From the NCBI GenBank assembly GCA_012735575.1, contig JAAYGY010000054.1, positions 3,109 through 67,108 of the forward strand: 64,000 nt of DNA, written 5' to 3'. The position numbers and the translations under genes were made by a program. The DNA comes from Clostridiales bacterium. Its GTDB lineage: Bacteria; Bacillota; Clostridia; Caldicoprobacterales; UBA3941. Positions 63,312-64,000 of the stretch are shown here, one piece after another; positions within the stretch are counted from its first letter, which is position 1; every line of letters starts with the position of its first letter. The notes beneath the pieces were generated by a model. That model saw only the letters and a program-made list of their open reading frames with translations. It made no database searches and was not told the DNA's origin.

Positions 63312-64000
63312 ATGGATCCAATAAGTATAAATTTAGATTTGCCCATCGATTCTTATTCTATAAATATTAGCCATGGCTGGCAGCATTTAGAATCTGCTAT
63401 AAAAAGCTATGTAGGTAATAAGGTCATGCTGGTTACAGATGAAAATGTAAAAGAATTGTTTGTCCATGACATTACAAGTATTATATCTTCCATGGGATGT
63501 GAAGTTTCCTTAGCAGTTGTACCGCCTGGTGAGGCCAGTAAGAGCCTTAAGATTGCAGAAGCCCTGTATACTCAGGCTCTAAATGCAATGCTTGACAGAT
63601 CTTCTTCCATTGTAGCACTAGGCGGTGGGGTAGTTGGTGACCTGGCTGGCTTTGTTGCTTCTACCTATATGCGAGGGATAAATTTTTTACAAATACCAAC
63701 CACCTTGTTAGCTCAGGTGGACAGTAGTGTAGGAGGAAAAGTAGCTGTAAACCATCCTCTGGCTAAAAATATCATAGGTAGCTTTTACCAACCTAAATCA
63801 GTTTACATCAACATCAATACCTTAGACAGCCTCCCCCAAAGGCAATTTTCTACGGGCATGGCTGAGCTAATAAAGTATGGCTTTATATGGGATAAGGATT
63901 TTTTAGGCTGGCTGGAAAACAACATAGACAGGCTGATAAAAAAAGAAAAAAATGCTCTAGCCTATGCCATTGATCGCTGTTGTAGAATAAAGGCTGAAAT
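63312..64000 (+). CDS. aroB: 3-dehydroquinate synthase (N-terminal part; runs off the right edge)
   Basis: My own translation from ATG 63312 (AAGGAGA RBS) gives MDPISINLDLP...VALGGGVVGDLAGFVASTYMRGINFLQIPTTLLAQVDSSVGGKVAVNHPLAKNIIGSFYQP, which carries the AroB signature. It is absent from the ORF track because there is no stop in the window. A TTGACT-17-TAAAAT promoter candidate lies at 63229-63257. Confidence 0.85.
   Translation, partial: MDPISINLDLPIDSYSINISHGWQHLESAIKSYVGNKVMLVTDENVKELFVHDITSIISSMGCEVSLAVVPPGEASKSLKIAEALYTQALNAMLDRSSSIVALGGGVVGDLAGFVASTYMRGINFLQIPTTLLAQVDSSVGGKVAVNHPLAKNIIGSFYQPKSVYININTLDSLPQRQFSTGMAELIKYGFIWDKDFLGWLENNIDRLIKKEKNALAYAIDRCCRIKAE

Noticed and set aside
1-64000. 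A search by eye for rRNA, tRNA, CRISPR repeats, transposase or integrase genes, phage genes and long direct or terminal inverted repeats.
   Set aside because: I found none. All sizeable intergenic regions (300-536, 4386-4745, 6800-7246, 37289-37574, 62967-63311) are AT-rich promoter-like DNA with no cloverleaf-compatible or repeat-spacer structure that I could see. A tRNAscan/Infernal run would be needed to exclude small RNAs.

Overview
This is an AT-rich chromosomal segment that looks like a spore-forming low-GC Firmicute (Clostridia-like). The evidence is GGAGG-type RBSs, frequent 1-4 nt start/stop overlaps, a SleB-type cortex hydrolase and Bce-type modules. I can support 54 protein-coding loci (52 CDS and 2 apparent pseudogenes). 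Most are on the minus strand, including one unbroken minus-strand run from 9937 to 42869. I saw no rRNA, tRNA, CRISPR array, IS element or prophage signature.

Content in order:
- greA (partial), two conserved unknowns, dusB, a membrane protein with an acidic tail, and a 5-prime-truncated methyltransferase remnant.
- coaX plus a PanT-like ECF S-component.
- A CoA-disulfide-reductase/rhodanese fusion with a small sulfite-reductase-like hemoprotein.
- An ~18 kb envelope/antimicrobial-sensing block. It holds a BceRS-AB-type module, an MFS transporter, a six-gene translationally coupled double ABC operon, and two tandem BlaI/BlaR1-type pairs.
- An orphan LacI regulator.
- A Fur-box-controlled feoAB operon extended by three tightly coupled genes: a nicotianamine-synthase-like Rossmann protein, an MprF-type flippase-like membrane protein and a PssA-like CDP-alcohol phosphatidyltransferase.
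- A heterodimeric ABC exporter, birA with a DmpA-type peptidase, a GH31 enzyme and a creatininase-family protein.
- A MoxR/DUF58/transglutaminase triad and a SleB-like hydrolase.
- An 11 kb sialic-acid (nan) cluster with three signal-less sialidase/BNR proteins, one of them frameshifted.
- A PfkB kinase, an EF-G2 paralog and aroB (partial).

The two best candidates for undescribed biology are:
1. The duplicated BlaI/BlaR1-like sensor-protease pairs. They carry a ~515-aa extracellular domain I cannot recognise, have distinct operators, and sit upstream of the ABC operon.
2. The Fur-regulated feoAB / NAS-like / flippase-like / PssA-like operon.

All functional calls come from reading motifs in the translations. 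No database search was run.
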